From Prochlorococcus sp. AG-418-G23 (lineage in GTDB: Bacteria; Cyanobacteriota; Cyanobacteriia; PCC-6307; Cyanobiaceae), in assembly GCA_003214195.1 (NCBI GenBank), contig QCLY01000002.1, positions 1,996-65,995 of the forward strand: a DNA stretch of 64,000 nucleotides, written 5' to 3'. The notes under the pieces were generated by a model. That model was not told the origin of the DNA. It ran no database searches and saw nothing but the letters and a program-made list of their open reading frames with translations. Within the stretch, counting starts at the first letter, position 1, and each line of letters begins with the position of its first letter. Both the position numbers and the translations under genes were made by a program. This document shows positions 18,544-29,094 of this stretch, piece by piece.

Positions 18544-19443
18544 ATGTCAAAACGTCATCCAGTTGTCGCTGTAACAGGATCTTCAGGAGCAGGAACGAGT
18601 ACAGTAAAAAGAGCCTTTGAGCATATTTTTGCCAGAGAAGATATTGTTCCTGCAGTTGTTGAAGGTGATAGTTACCACAGGTTTGAAAGAATGCCTATGA
18701 AAAAAGCTATGGCAGAGGCTCTTTCAAAAGGTGAAAATTTTTCCCACTTTGGGCCAGAGGCTAATCTTTTTGACAAGCTAGAAGAACTTTTCAAAATCTA
18801 TGGTGAAACTGGAGGGGGTAAGAAAAGATATTATCTACATAGTCCTGAAGAAGCAGAGGAACATAATACAAGACTTGGGACATCTTTAGAACCAGGACAA
18901 TTCACTCCATGGGAAGATATTCCTAAGGGAACAGACGTACTTTTTTATGAAGGTTTGCATGGCGGGGTAGAGGGTGATGGGTACAATGTGGCATCTTATG
19001 CTGATTTACTTGTTGGCGTTGTTCCGATAACAAATTTAGAGTGGATTCAAAAAATTCATAGAGATAACGCAGAAAGAGGTTATTCAGCTGAAACTATTGT
19101 GGATACAATATTAAGAAGAATGCCTGATTATATAAATCATATTTGTCCACAATTCAGTAAAACCGATATTAATTTCCAAAGAATACCCACAATTGACACT
19201 TCAAATCCTTTCATATGCAGGAATATTCCAACTCCTGACGAGAGTTTTGTGATCATACATTTCAGAAAAGGGGCAAGAGAGAAATGGGGTATTGATTTTC
19301 AATACTTGCTTGGAATGATTCATGACTCATTTATGTCAAGTCCTACTAGCATCGTTGTGAATGGTGGGAAAATGGGTTTCGCAATGGAACTTATTCTTAC
19401 TCCAATAATTCATAAAATGATTGAGGAAAAAAATAAAGGATAA
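18544..19443 (+). CDS. prk: Phosphoribulokinase (proteobacterial type)
   Basis: AVTGSSGAGT, EGDSYH, SHFGPEAN, YEGLHG, NLEWIQKIHRD, QFSKTDINFQR. Confidence 0.93.
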   Translation: MSKRHPVVAVTGSSGAGTSTVKRAFEHIFAREDIVPAVVEGDSYHRFERMPMKKAMAEALSKGENFSHFGPEANLFDKLEELFKIYGETGGGKKRYYLHSPEEAEEHNTRLGTSLEPGQFTPWEDIPKGTDVLFYEGLHGGVEGDGYNVASYADLLVGVVPITNLEWIQKIHRDNAERGYSAETIVDTILRRMPDYINHICPQFSKTDINFQRIPTIDTSNPFICRNIPTPDESFVIIHFRKGAREKWGIDFQYLLGMIHDSFMSSPTSIVVNGGKMGFAMELILTPIIHKMIEEKNKG

Positions 19444-19580
19444 TTGATTTTCGATTATCAACTCAAATTATTATATTTTTTACTTTGAGGAGTTTTTAAT
19501 CTCGAGGATCTCAAATTTTTATATATCTTTCTTGATAAAAGCACCTTATTTAGATTTAAATAGAAAAAACAGTAAAAGTT

Positions 19581-20462
19581 GTGTCATTAATCGACTGGTT
19601 TGCCGCGAGGCGTAAAGATCAATTTGTTGGGAAAGTTTCCCAAGATACTGATGAGGGTGATGGTTTGTGGGTTAAATGTTCAGAATGTTCTCAAGTAGCC
19701 TATAGAAAAGACCTAATTTCAAATTTCAATGTTTGTAGTAATTGTGGACACCACAATAGGATTAATAGCGATGAAAGAATAAGTATTATTGCTGACAAAA
19801 ATTCATTCGAAGAGTTTGATAGTTCACTAAGTCCCACAGATCCTTTAGGTTTTAAAGATAGAAGATCATATGCTGATCGAATTAAAGAAAGTCAGGCAGG
19901 CACAGGTTTAAGAGATGGAGTTGTAACAGGTATCTGTTCTGTAAATTCAATGCCTTTAGCATTAGCTGTAATGGATTTTAGATTTATGGGAGGATCCATG
20001 GGTTCAGTAGTGGGTGAAAAAATTACAAGGATAATTGAGAGAGCAACTTTAGAAAATTTTCCAATTCTTATTGTTTGCGCATCAGGAGGAGCAAGGATGC
20101 AAGAAGGCATGTTAAGTCTCATGCAAATGGCAAAAATATCTGGAGCACTAAAAAAACATAAAGAAAAAAATCTTCTTTACATGCCCTTATTAACTCATCC
20201 AACCACTGGGGGGGTAACAGCAAGCTTTGCAATGTTAGGTGATTTAATTTTGGCGGAACCTAAAGCTCTTATTGGATTTGCTGGAAGAAGGGTTATAGAA
20301 CAAACATTAAGAGAAAAATTACCTGATAATTTTCAAACAGCTGAATATCTGCTTGAGCATGGTTTTGTTGATGTAATAGTTAAAAGAAAAGATCTCAAGA
20401 ATACTCTTACTAAAATTTTAAAAATTCACGGTGTAAAAGAACTTACAAAAGCAAATTTATAA
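19581..20462 (+). CDS. accD: Acetyl-CoA carboxylase carboxyltransferase beta subunit
   Basis: LWVKC Zn finger, [33 protein letters not shown]. Confidence 0.97.
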   Translation: MSLIDWFAARRKDQFVGKVSQDTDEGDGLWVKCSECSQVAYRKDLISNFNVCSNCGHHNRINSDERISIIADKNSFEEFDSSLSPTDPLGFKDRRSYADRIKESQAGTGLRDGVVTGICSVNSMPLALAVMDFRFMGGSMGSVVGEKITRIIERATLENFPILIVCASGGARMQEGMLSLMQMAKISGALKKHKEKNLLYMPLLTHPTTGGVTASFAMLGDLILAEPKALIGFAGRRVIEQTLREKLPDNFQTAEYLLEHGFVDVIVKRKDLKNTLTKILKIHGVKELTKANL

Positions 20463-20464
20463 TT

Positions 20465-20857
20465 ATGAGAATTATTTCAAATTTCATTTATTTTTCTTTA
20501 AGCCTTTTATTTTTTATTTTAAATTTTGTTCCATATTCTTATGGGATAGGAAATGTTGACTGGGTTCTACTAAAAGAGAATAATGAAGGGAAAGAATGGC
20601 TTGATAAAGGCAGTATTAAGCTGCTTACAAATGGTGAAATAACTGTCTTAACAAAGTTCTTTAAAAATCCAACTAATTCGGATGATGATGGAGAGTTATC
20701 ACTTTATGTAATGAGAATTAATTGCGATGAAAAAAAATTTAAAGATACTTCCATAAATGGAATACCTCAATTCAATTCAAAATGGCAAACTTCTAATAAT
20801 GATGAATTAATAGATGTAGTTATTGAAAATAGTTGTTCAGAGTTTATAAGTGGATAA
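20465..20857 (+). CDS. Exported hypothetical protein
   Basis: Signal-peptide-like N-terminus, two Cys, fills the gap in the operon. Confidence 0.7.
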   Translation: MRIISNFIYFSLSLLFFILNFVPYSYGIGNVDWVLLKENNEGKEWLDKGSIKLLTNGEITVLTKFFKNPTNSDDDGELSLYVMRINCDEKKFKDTSINGIPQFNSKWQTSNNDELIDVVIENSCSEFISG

Positions 20858-20859
20858 AC

Positions 20860-21954
20860 ATGAATACTAAAAATAAACTAAGAATAGCCGTTGCCGGGCT
20901 TGGGTTTGGGAAAAAAGTTCATTTAGAAGCATTAAAAAATTCAAATTTCTTAACGCCTGTAGCTATTTATCATTATGAACAAAAACAAAAATCAATTCTA
21001 GAAAAAGAAACTGGATTAGAGTTTTTTCATAATTGGGAAGACTTAGTTAAATCTCCAGAAATTGATGGAATTATTATTGCTACCCCTCCTGAATCAAGAT
21101 TTAAATTAGCAAAACAAGCTCTTGAAAATAATAAAAATTTGCTATTAGAAAAACCCGTTTCAATATTGTCCTCTGAAATAGAGGAGCTTCAGAGAATATC
21201 TTTGATTAAAAACTTAAGCGTATGTGTTGATTTCGAATATAGAGCAGTACCCCTTTTTCTTCAGACAAAAAAACTTATTGATGAAAATACATTAGGAGAA
21301 ATATATTTAGTCAAATTAGATTGGTTAATGAGTAGCAGATCCGACCCTAAAAGAGCTTGGAATTGGTATTCTTTGGAAGAAAAAGGTGGAGGAGTTATGG
21401 GCGCTTTAGGTACTCATGCATTCGATATGTTGAATTGGTTTTTTGGAGAAGCAATAAACGTGAATGGCAAGTTAGCAACATCAATTAAAAAAAGGCCTTT
21501 ACCTAATTCATCTGATTTAAATGCTGTTACGAGTGAAGATGTATGTTTAGCCAATATAGAAATATCCAATTACAGCTCGAATCTTATTCCATGTCAGGTA
21601 TCTTTATCATCGATTTCTAAAAGCGGTAGAGGATTTAGTCTAGAAATATATGGAAGCGAGGGTTCACTTATTCTTAAAAGCGAGAACCAAAAAGATTATG
21701 TCCATGGTTTTAATTTGAAATATTCAAACAACGAAAATAAAATACAAAATCTAACTGCAGATTCAAGTTTTAATTTTGAAAAAACATGGACTGATGGGAG
21801 GATAGCTCCAGTTTTGAGAATTCAAAATTTATGGGCTGAGAGTATTCTTAATAAAATACCTATCATTCCAGGTTTATGCGAGGGACTTGCTAGTCATAAA
21901 GTTTGCGAAGCCATAAGAGAATCGTCGAAGAGTGGGTTAAATATAAAAATATAG
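20860..21954 (+). CDS. Gfo/Idh/MocA-family oxidoreductase
   Basis: AVAGLGFG, IATPP, LEKP, GGGVMGALGTHAFD. Confidence 0.9.
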   Translation: MNTKNKLRIAVAGLGFGKKVHLEALKNSNFLTPVAIYHYEQKQKSILEKETGLEFFHNWEDLVKSPEIDGIIIATPPESRFKLAKQALENNKNLLLEKPVSILSSEIEELQRISLIKNLSVCVDFEYRAVPLFLQTKKLIDENTLGEIYLVKLDWLMSSRSDPKRAWNWYSLEEKGGGVMGALGTHAFDMLNWFFGEAINVNGKLATSIKKRPLPNSSDLNAVTSEDVCLANIEISNYSSNLIPCQVSLSSISKSGRGFSLEIYGSEGSLILKSENQKDYVHGFNLKYSNNENKIQNLTADSSFNFEKTWTDGRIAPVLRIQNLWAESILNKIPIIPGLCEGLASHKVCEAIRESSKSGLNIKI

Positions 21955-22046
21955 ATTTTGTATATCTAATTACGTGACATTTGATCCCTCTTTATACTAA
22001 ACTCGCGGAAACAAGTGCTTTGTATAGCATCTAACTTATTTTAATT

Positions 22047-23120
22047 ATGGCCCTCGTTCCACTAAGACTACTTTTAGATCACGCTGCTGAGAATGGTTAC
22101 GGTATTCCAGCTTTCAATGTTAATAATCTTGAGCAAGTTCAAGCAATCATGGAAGCAGCACATGAAACTGATAGTCCAGTTATCCTCCAAGCTTCAAGAG
22201 GGGCAAGAAATTATGCAGGAGAAATTTTCTTACGTCATCTAATCCTTGCCGCTACAGAAACATATCCTAATATTCCAGTGGTAATGCACCAAGACCATGG
22301 TAATGAGCCATCAACATGCTATTCAGCAGCAATAAATGGTTTCACATCAGTAATGATGGATGGTTCTCTAGAGGCAGATGCAAAAACACCCGCTAGTTAC
22401 GAATATAATGTTGCAGTTACTAAAAAAGTTGTAGATTTTGCTCATTCAGTTGGAGTTAGTGTTGAAGGAGAATTAGGTTGCTTAGGTTCATTAGAAACAG
22501 GAAAAGGTGAAGCAGAAGATGGTCATGGATTTGAAGGTGAACTTTCTACTGACATGCTTTTGACTGATCCTGAAGAAGCTGCAGATTTTGTTGCTAAAAC
22601 AAAAGTTGATGCATTAGCTATTGCTATAGGAACAAGTCATGGTGCTTATAAATTCACAAGGAAACCTACAGGAGAAGTTCTTGCAATAAGCAGAATCGCT
22701 GAAATTCATAAAGCACTTCCAAATACCCATCTTGTAATGCATGGATCTAGTTCAGTTCCTCAAGAATGGTTGGATATCATTAACAAATATGGTGGTGAAA
22801 TTCCTCAAACATATGGTGTTCCTGTAGAAGAGATTCAAGAGGGAATAAGAAATGGAGTCAGGAAAGTCAACATTGATACCGATAACAGACTTGCTTTCAC
22901 TGCCGCGGTTAGAGAGGCAGCATTTGCTGATAAAGCAAACTTTGACCCGAGACATTTCAACAAGCCTGCCAGAAAATACATGAAGCAAGTTTGTCTTGAT
23001 AGATATAAGCAGTTCTGGTGTGAAGGTCAAGCAAGTAAGATCAAACAAAACAGCACTAATTATTTTGCGGATCTTTACGCAAAAGGCGATTTGGATCCAA
23101 AAGTAAAAGCAACTATTTAA
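22047..23120 (+). CDS. fba: Class II fructose-bisphosphate aldolase
   Basis: [41 protein letters not shown]. Confidence 0.97.
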   Translation: MALVPLRLLLDHAAENGYGIPAFNVNNLEQVQAIMEAAHETDSPVILQASRGARNYAGEIFLRHLILAATETYPNIPVVMHQDHGNEPSTCYSAAINGFTSVMMDGSLEADAKTPASYEYNVAVTKKVVDFAHSVGVSVEGELGCLGSLETGKGEAEDGHGFEGELSTDMLLTDPEEAADFVAKTKVDALAIAIGTSHGAYKFTRKPTGEVLAISRIAEIHKALPNTHLVMHGSSSVPQEWLDIINKYGGEIPQTYGVPVEEIQEGIRNGVRKVNIDTDNRLAFTAAVREAAFADKANFDPRHFNKPARKYMKQVCLDRYKQFWCEGQASKIKQNSTNYFADLYAKGDLDPKVKATI

Positions 23121-23138
23121 TTTCTTCCCAAATTAAAT

Positions 23139-23173
23139 AAAAAAAAGACCTCCAAAATTGGGGGTCTTTTTTT
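23139..23173. terminator. Bidirectional intrinsic terminator between fba and purQ
   Basis: A8-GACCTCCAA-AA-TTGGGGGTC-T7 between convergent stop codons. Confidence 0.85.
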
Positions 23174-23837
23174 ATTTCGATATTAATGATTTTAATGTAA
23201 AGAGACCATCAGTCCCACCAATCATCTCGTCACATGCTCTCTCTGGATGAGGCATTAAACCTAAAACATTTCCCTTTTCATTAGTTATACCTGCGATATC
23301 GAATGAGGATCCATTGGGATTATTTTTATATCTCAAAGCGATCAATTCATTATCCATAAGTTTTTTTAAAGTATCAGAATCGCAATGATATCTTCCTTCC
23401 CCATGCGCTATTGGCAACTTGATAGTTTGTTTTTCATTTACATTATTAAACCAACCTCCTTTTGAAGAAACGATATCCAGTTCAACGTCATCACAGATAA
23501 AATTAAGATTTTTATTTGCAACAAGAGCACCAGGCAAAAATCCTGATTCTGTCAAAATTTGAAACCCATTACAAATTCCTAAAACTCTTTTACCGCTTTT
23601 AACAAACTCATCCAAGGCATTAATTAATGAAGAAAATCTTGCAATTGCTCCGCATCTTAAATAATCACCGTAGCTAAATCCTCCAGGTAAAACTATTGCA
23701 TCTACATCACTTAAATCTGAAGACTCATGCCACAAGTATTTTGTTCTTATATCTAAACAACCTTCCAATGCCCATGAAACATCACGATCACAATTAGAAC
23801 CAGGGAAGACAACAATTCCTACAGTAAAATTTTCCAT
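23172..23837 (-). CDS. purQ: FGAM synthase glutaminase subunit
   Basis: [35 protein letters not shown]. Confidence 0.97.
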   Translation of the reverse strand: MENFTVGIVVFPGSNCDRDVSWALEGCLDIRTKYLWHESSDLSDVDAIVLPGGFSYGDYLRCGAIARFSSLINALDEFVKSGKRVLGICNGFQILTESGFLPGALVANKNLNFICDDVELDIVSSKGGWFNNVNEKQTIKLPIAHGEGRYHCDSDTLKKLMDNELIALRYKNNPNGSSFDIAGITNEKGNVLGLMPHPERACDEMIGGTDGLFTLKSLISK

Positions 23838-23838
23838 C

Positions 23839-24093
23839 TTATAATTTTTCTAATGAATACTCATAATCTTCAATAACAGTATTTGCGAATAACCTATCAC
23901 ACAATAAATCAATTTTTTCTCTTACTTCGTTTTCACCATTACCTTCTATTTTTACCTCAATCATTTTTCCTATACGTATTGATTTTATTCCCTCGGCTCC
24001 AAGTTTTATAGAGGCAGATTTGGTAGCTTCCCCTGCTGGATCTAAAACTGAGGGTCTTAGTCTTACAAAAACTTTTACAGCAAATTGGTCCAA
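23839..24093 (-). CDS. purS: FGAM synthase subunit PurS
   Basis: [22 protein letters not shown]; directly upstream of purQ. Confidence 0.95.
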   Translation of the reverse strand: MDQFAVKVFVRLRPSVLDPAGEATKSASIKLGAEGIKSIRIGKMIEVKIEGNGENEVREKIDLLCDRLFANTVIEDYEYSLEKL

Positions 24094-24191
24094 TTGAAAA
24101 TTAATTTCTATTAGAAGATTAGTTTAAATTTTAATAAAAAAGTACTATTGATTAATAAACAAATATTTTTACCTAATGGTTTTCTGAGTTA

Positions 24192-24356
24192 TTAGATGTT
24201 TATGTAGCCTCTACCAAAACATACTAAGCAAGTTCTTCTTGAATTTTCATGTGTTTTAAAATTTCCTGCCCCTCCACATTTTGAACATTTTATTTTATCA
24301 ATTAATGTGACTTCGTCAGAGATTATTTGTTTTAAAGAAATTTTTGGATTTTCCAT
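24192..24356 (-). CDS. 54-aa DnaJ-type zinc-finger protein (not in ORF track)
   Basis: MENPKISLKQIISDEVTLIDKIKCSKCGGAGNFKTHENSRRTCLVCFGRGYINI, with two CxxCxGxG motifs. Confidence 0.8.
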   Translation of the reverse strand: MENPKISLKQIISDEVTLIDKIKCSKCGGAGNFKTHENSRRTCLVCFGRGYINI

Positions 24357-24361
24357 CTTGG

Positions 24362-24390
24362 GCTGTCTACTGCTTAAGTATCCCGACAGC
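24362..24390 (-). promoter_or_regulatory. Hairpin ending 5 nt upstream of the zinc-finger start codon
   Basis: Minus strand reads GCUGUC-GGGA-UACU-UAAGC-AGUA-GACAGC-CCAAG-AUG. Confidence 0.45.
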
Positions 24391-24401
24391 TAACTATAAT
24401 G

Positions 24402-25466
24402 TCAAAGCACCATTTTTGGTTCACTTAAAATCTTAAATTTCTCTTTAATTTTTCTAATGAAAGTTTTTATAGATTTTTCATCAAAGGAAATTATTACTAA
24501 TTCAAGCCCAGCATTATCATTTGGTCTCCAACAATTGTCTGGAGCTTCTTCGAACCAAGTATTAATTTTCTTTCCAACAATTTGTATTTGTAAAGGCAAT
24601 GATTTGTTTGGTATCCAAATACGTCCTTTTATTCGAAGAATGTTTAATTCATCCAAGATTTTTGACATCTCCTTTTCAAAGTTATTTTTGTCAAGGAAAT
24701 AATTTAATTTAATTGAATCTGACACAAGTTCAACATGATTATGATCATGCTCTTCAGTTAAAAATTCTTTATAAGTCTCTTTTTTAAAATTAAAATCAAA
24801 TAGATAGTTCAAATCAATTTTGCCATTATTGGATTTTAGGACTGGTGTAGATGAGTTTAGACTTCCTTGAATTTTATGTTTTACAACGTCAAACTGATCA
24901 TCATTTAAGATATCTGATCTAGAGACTAAAACGATATCAGAAACTTCTAGTTGTTCCTCAAAAAGTTCATCTATAGTTGCGTTGTGATCAATTTTATCTG
25001 TTTCATTATATTGTTTTGTTATTTTATTTAAATCATTAATTGGTGACCCATCAAGCATTGATTCTCCATTAACGATACCAACAACAACATCAAGGTAGAT
25101 GGAAGACCTAATCTCAGGCCAGTTAAGTGCTTGAATTAAGGGCATTGGTAGTGCCAAGCCACTTGTTTCGATAATTATTGATTCAATAGGAGGATTAAAT
25201 TCTAGGAGAGCTTTTATTGATGGAACAAAATCATCTTGAACGGTACAACATAAACATCCATTGTTTAATTCGATTACGCAGTCGTCTTCAGATTCATCAC
25301 ATTTATCACAACTTTTAATCAAATCACCGTCAATTCCAACATCACCAAATTCATTAATTATTAAACCAAATTTTTTATTACTCTCTTTTAATAGATATCT
25401 TAGAAAAGTTGTTTTACCTGAACCAAGAAATCCTGAAACAACTATAACTGGTATTTTTTTTTTCAT
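24402..25466 (-). CDS. cobW: CobW/COG0523 GTPase metallochaperone
   Basis: GFLGSGKTT, NEFGDVGIDG, ELNNGCLCCTV, IETSGLA, ELFEEQL, RIKG. Confidence 0.9.
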   Translation of the reverse strand: MKKKIPVIVVSGFLGSGKTTFLRYLLKESNKKFGLIINEFGDVGIDGDLIKSCDKCDESEDDCVIELNNGCLCCTVQDDFVPSIKALLEFNPPIESIIIETSGLALPMPLIQALNWPEIRSSIYLDVVVGIVNGESMLDGSPINDLNKITKQYNETDKIDHNATIDELFEEQLEVSDIVLVSRSDILNDDQFDVVKHKIQGSLNSSTPVLKSNNGKIDLNYLFDFNFKKETYKEFLTEEHDHNHVELVSDSIKLNYFLDKNNFEKEMSKILDELNILRIKGRIWIPNKSLPLQIQIVGKKINTWFEEAPDNCWRPNDNAGLELVIISFDEKSIKTFIRKIKEKFKILSEPKMVL

Positions 25467-25475
25467 CTTTAATGA

Positions 25476-25988
25476 TTAACAACCTAAGCTATATTCTGTA
25501 CTCTCTCCTGTAGAACTATTTGTGCCATTAGCAATCGCACATAATTGTTTTTGTTGTGCACGACTAAGAACTGCATCAGTAAAATCTGCACCATCTATTT
25601 TTGCTCCTTCAAAATTACTCTCCATTAGTAAAGCATTAGTAAAATTAACATCCGAAAGATCTGCATCTGTAAAATCTGTTGCATAAGCTAGTGCATCTCT
25701 TAAATTGGCTCCATTAAACTTTGAATTTTGCAATTTACTGTTATTGAACACAGCGCCTTCTAAATTACTTTCACTAAAATTAAACCCATTCAAATCAAAC
25801 TTAACGTACTCGTTACCGCTTAAATCTTGACCATGCATATCTGGCTCTAAATTAAGGTCTTGCTGGTTTCTAATCTCGGGAGGTCTTTTAGCCCATGCAG
25901 AATTTACAGAATTAAAAAATAAAATCCCAACGAACAACAAAGTAATTAATGCATTCTTTAGTGAGGGGAAAACGATTGATTTAATCAT
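25476..25988 (-). CDS. Exported pentapeptide-repeat protein
   Basis: Signal peptide, A(D/N)(L/F)xx repeats, C-terminal LC...SLGC. Confidence 0.9.
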   Translation of the reverse strand: MIKSIVFPSLKNALITLLFVGILFFNSVNSAWAKRPPEIRNQQDLNLEPDMHGQDLSGNEYVKFDLNGFNFSESNLEGAVFNNSKLQNSKFNGANLRDALAYATDFTDADLSDVNFTNALLMESNFEGAKIDGADFTDAVLSRAQQKQLCAIANGTNSSTGESTEYSLGC

Positions 25989-26051
25989 AATAAGACTGTA
26001 TTTTAGAACTTGAGTATTTAAAGTTTGTAAGAGTATCTTAAAGGAAAATAT

Positions 26052-26669
26052 ATGGCAATGTCACTAAAGGTTATTGTTCCTCCTCATCCGTTAATAAAAC
26101 ATTGGCTTTCAATATTGCGAGAAAAAAATACTCCAAATATTTTGTATTCAACAGGATATGAGCAATTAGGGAAATGGCTTACATATGAAGCATTACGTAA
26201 TTGGCTGCCATATAAAAAAGAAATACTAAATACTGATAATGGGGACGCAGATGGATTCTTTATTAATAATGATTATCCAATAAAAGTGCTCGCAATGTTG
26301 CCTGAAGGGTTATCTCTTTGGTTTGGATCTAAAGAAGTAATTCCTAATTCAACCCTCTCATTAGGAGAAATTCCTAAAACCATTAAGTCAAATGAAGGAG
26401 TTATATTATATTCAGATCAAATAACGACAAAATCAGCAACATTAGAAACTTTAATTAAATTAAAGAAATTAGGTGTTGATTCAAATAGGATTCTTTTAAT
26501 AACTGCTATTTGCTCAAATAAAGGGTTAAATGAAATTGCGAAATTATTCCCTAATCAGGTAATTTACACTTCTTGCATAGATGAAGAAGACGAAAAAACA
26601 TCATTATTAGTACCCGGCATTGGGAATCCTTTATCGCGTTTAAGTACTATATTTCAAGATAAGAACTAA
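26052..26669 (+). CDS. upp: Uracil phosphoribosyltransferase-like protein with degenerate motifs
   Basis: HPLIKHWLSILR, LTYEALR, CIDE, VPGIGN; PRPP-binding motif is altered. Confidence 0.7.
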   Translation: MAMSLKVIVPPHPLIKHWLSILREKNTPNILYSTGYEQLGKWLTYEALRNWLPYKKEILNTDNGDADGFFINNDYPIKVLAMLPEGLSLWFGSKEVIPNSTLSLGEIPKTIKSNEGVILYSDQITTKSATLETLIKLKKLGVDSNRILLITAICSNKGLNEIAKLFPNQVIYTSCIDEEDEKTSLLVPGIGNPLSRLSTIFQDKN

Positions 26670-26698
26670 TATAGAATATAGGAGTAAATATTTTACCA

Positions 26699-26989
26699 AT
26701 GTCTGAATACAGAGATTCGTCTTCAAATAATCTTTTATCATTAATAAGCGGTGCTTTTATTGGAGCAGCAGGTCTAGCTTGGTGGTTAATTTCCGAAGCA
26801 GACAAAAGAAAAGAGGAAAAAAAACAAAAAGCAATGATGTATTCCTCCAGAATTCAAGACGGTTCTGAAGCGATTGATTCAAATGAAAATATAAATGAAG
26901 TTGATGGAGAGAATTTAGAGAAGAAAGTTGAGCAACTAAATTCTGCAATTGCTGATGTAAGGAAGCAACTTGAAGAGTTGGGGCAATAG
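26699..26989 (+). CDS. Membrane-anchored coiled-coil protein (YtxH-like)
   Basis: SGAFIGAAGLAWW transmembrane segment; LEKKVEQLNSAIADVRKQL coil. Confidence 0.75.
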   Translation: MSEYRDSSSNNLLSLISGAFIGAAGLAWWLISEADKRKEEKKQKAMMYSSRIQDGSEAIDSNENINEVDGENLEKKVEQLNSAIADVRKQLEELGQ

Positions 26990-27012
26990 AATAAAAAAGG
27001 TTCTCAAATAAT

Positions 27013-28686
27013 ATGAATAAACTCAGATCATCTGCAATAACCCAAGGTGTGCAAAGATCCCCTAACAGATCGATGTTAAGAGCTGTTGGCTTTAATGATG
27101 AAGATTTTAATAAACCTATTATTGGAGTTGCGAATGGATACAGCACCATAACACCATGCAATATAGGTTTAAATAAGCTAGCTCTCAAAGCTGAAGAGTC
27201 AATAAAAAGATCAGGTGGGATGCCTCAGATGTTTGGGACTATAACAGTAAGTGATGGCATTTCTATGGGAACAGAGGGTATGAAATATTCCCTAGTTTCG
27301 AGAGAAGTTATTGCTGATTCAATCGAAACAGCATGCAATGCTCAGAGTATGGATGGAGTGCTTGCAATAGGTGGATGTGACAAAAATATGCCTGGTGCCA
27401 TGATAGCGATTGCAAGAATGAATATTCCCTCAATTTTCATTTATGGCGGGACAATAAAACCTGGAAAGTTACATGGAGAAGATCTTACTGTTGTTAGTGC
27501 ATTTGAAGCTGTTGGACAATTAACATCAGGCAAAATTAATGAAGAAAGGCTAATCCAAGTCGAGAAAAATTGTATTCCTGGTGCTGGTAGTTGTGGAGGG
27601 ATGTTTACAGCTAATACAATGTCTGCAGTTATTGAAGTATTAGGGTTAAGTCTTCCTCACAGTTCCACTATGGCTGCTGAAGATCTTGAAAAAGAACTAA
27701 GTGCAGATAAAAGTGCTGAGATATTAGTCTCTGCAATAGAAAAAGATATAAGACCTCTAGACTTAATGACGAAGAAAGCATTTGAAAATGCCATATCAGT
27801 TATTATGGCAATTGGAGGATCAACAAATGCGGTATTGCACATCTTAGCCATTGCAAATACTGCAGGAATAGATATCAACATTAATGATTTTGAGAGAATC
27901 AGACAAAAAGTCCCCGTTATTTGTGACCTTAAACCGAGTGGTAAATATGTGACGGTTGATCTTCATAATGCAGGTGGGATTCCACAAGTAATGAAAATAC
28001 TTTTGAATGCAGGATTAATTCATGGCGATTGCAAAAATATTGAAGGGAAAACCATTTCAGAATACTTACAGAATATTCCAGATAAGCCTCCAACAAATCA
28101 AAATGTCATAAGAGACATAGATAACCCTCTTTATCAAAAGGGGCACCTAGCGATATTAAAAGGTAACTTAGCGAGTGAAGGTTCCGTTGCTAAAATTAGC
28201 GGAGTAAAAAACCCTGTATTAACAGGTCCAGCAAAGATTTTTGAAAGTGAAGAGGATTGTTTAAAATCTATATTGAACAATGATATCAAAGTTGGTGATG
28301 TTGTTGTTATTAGAAACGAAGGGCCTGTAGGAGGACCAGGTATGAGAGAGATGTTAGCTCCAACATCTGCAATTGTTGGTCAAGGCCTCGGAGAGAAGGT
28401 GGCTTTAATTACCGATGGCAGATTTAGCGGGGGTACTTATGGTCTGGTTGTGGGTCATATAGCCCCGGAGGCTGCTGTTGGTGGAAATATTGCTCTAATA
28501 AAACAAGGTGATTTAATTACAGTAGATGCTGTAAAGCAACTTATTGAAGTTGATTTATCTGACGAAGAATTAGAAAAAAGGAGAAAGGATTGGGTAAAGC
28601 CTAAACCAAAATACAAAAGAGGGGTACTCTCAAAATATTCGAAAATCGTAAGCACATCAAGTCTTGGAGCTGTTACTGATTTATAG
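27013..28686 (+). CDS. ilvD: Dihydroxy-acid dehydratase
   Basis: [47 protein letters not shown]. Confidence 0.97.
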   Translation: MNKLRSSAITQGVQRSPNRSMLRAVGFNDEDFNKPIIGVANGYSTITPCNIGLNKLALKAEESIKRSGGMPQMFGTITVSDGISMGTEGMKYSLVSREVIADSIETACNAQSMDGVLAIGGCDKNMPGAMIAIARMNIPSIFIYGGTIKPGKLHGEDLTVVSAFEAVGQLTSGKINEERLIQVEKNCIPGAGSCGGMFTANTMSAVIEVLGLSLPHSSTMAAEDLEKELSADKSAEILVSAIEKDIRPLDLMTKKAFENAISVIMAIGGSTNAVLHILAIANTAGIDININDFERIRQKVPVICDLKPSGKYVTVDLHNAGGIPQVMKILLNAGLIHGDCKNIEGKTISEYLQNIPDKPPTNQNVIRDIDNPLYQKGHLAILKGNLASEGSVAKISGVKNPVLTGPAKIFESEEDCLKSILNNDIKVGDVVVIRNEGPVGGPGMREMLAPTSAIVGQGLGEKVALITDGRFSGGTYGLVVGHIAPEAAVGGNIALIKQGDLITVDAVKQLIEVDLSDEELEKRRKDWVKPKPKYKRGVLSKYSKIVSTSSLGAVTDL

Positions 28687-28707
28687 ATCAGCTCAAAGTT
28701 TATTTTC

Positions 28708-29094
28708 TTAATCAATAAAGCTTTTTATCCTATTTGCTAGGTTTTCCAATCTAGCGCTATATTTTGGTGAGTTGCATTTTTTTCCATTATTGCTATTCAT
28801 CCACAATGTTTTAACTCCACACCACAATATTGGTTCATCAGGAAAATTAAGCTTAGAGATAACTAATACTAACTCTTTATTTGATTTAAAAAGTTCTAAT
28901 TCAAGATCGTAAATTTCTAATCTTTTACCTTCTTTATCTCGACATAAGATATTAACCGTCAAATCAATATCTTCTTCTTCGATTTCGTATTCACCATTTA
29001 TTTTTACGACAGAATGCACAAAAGGTTTATTTGTTAAATCTGCTGACTTAGCGATTAAGCTCTCTATATTTTTAGATGGATTTTCAAATAACAC
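28708..29094 (-). CDS. Conserved hypothetical protein
   Basis: 128-aa ORF continuing the gnd-pgl-CIA30 run; LVISKL..PDEPILW motif. Confidence 0.7.
   Translation of the reverse strand: MLFENPSKNIESLIAKSADLTNKPFVHSVVKINGEYEIEEEDIDLTVNILCRDKEGKRLEIYDLELELFKSNKELVLVISKLNFPDEPILWCGVKTLWMNSNNGKKCNSPKYSARLENLANRIKSFID

Noticed and set aside
19484-19515. TTTGAG...CTCAAA hairpin after prk
   Set aside because: The stem is short with a large imperfect loop, so it is not supportable as a terminator.
25560-25830. Periodic sequence as a DNA repeat array or CRISPR
   Set aside because: Explained by pentapeptide protein repeats. There are no identical repeats with spacers and no cas genes.
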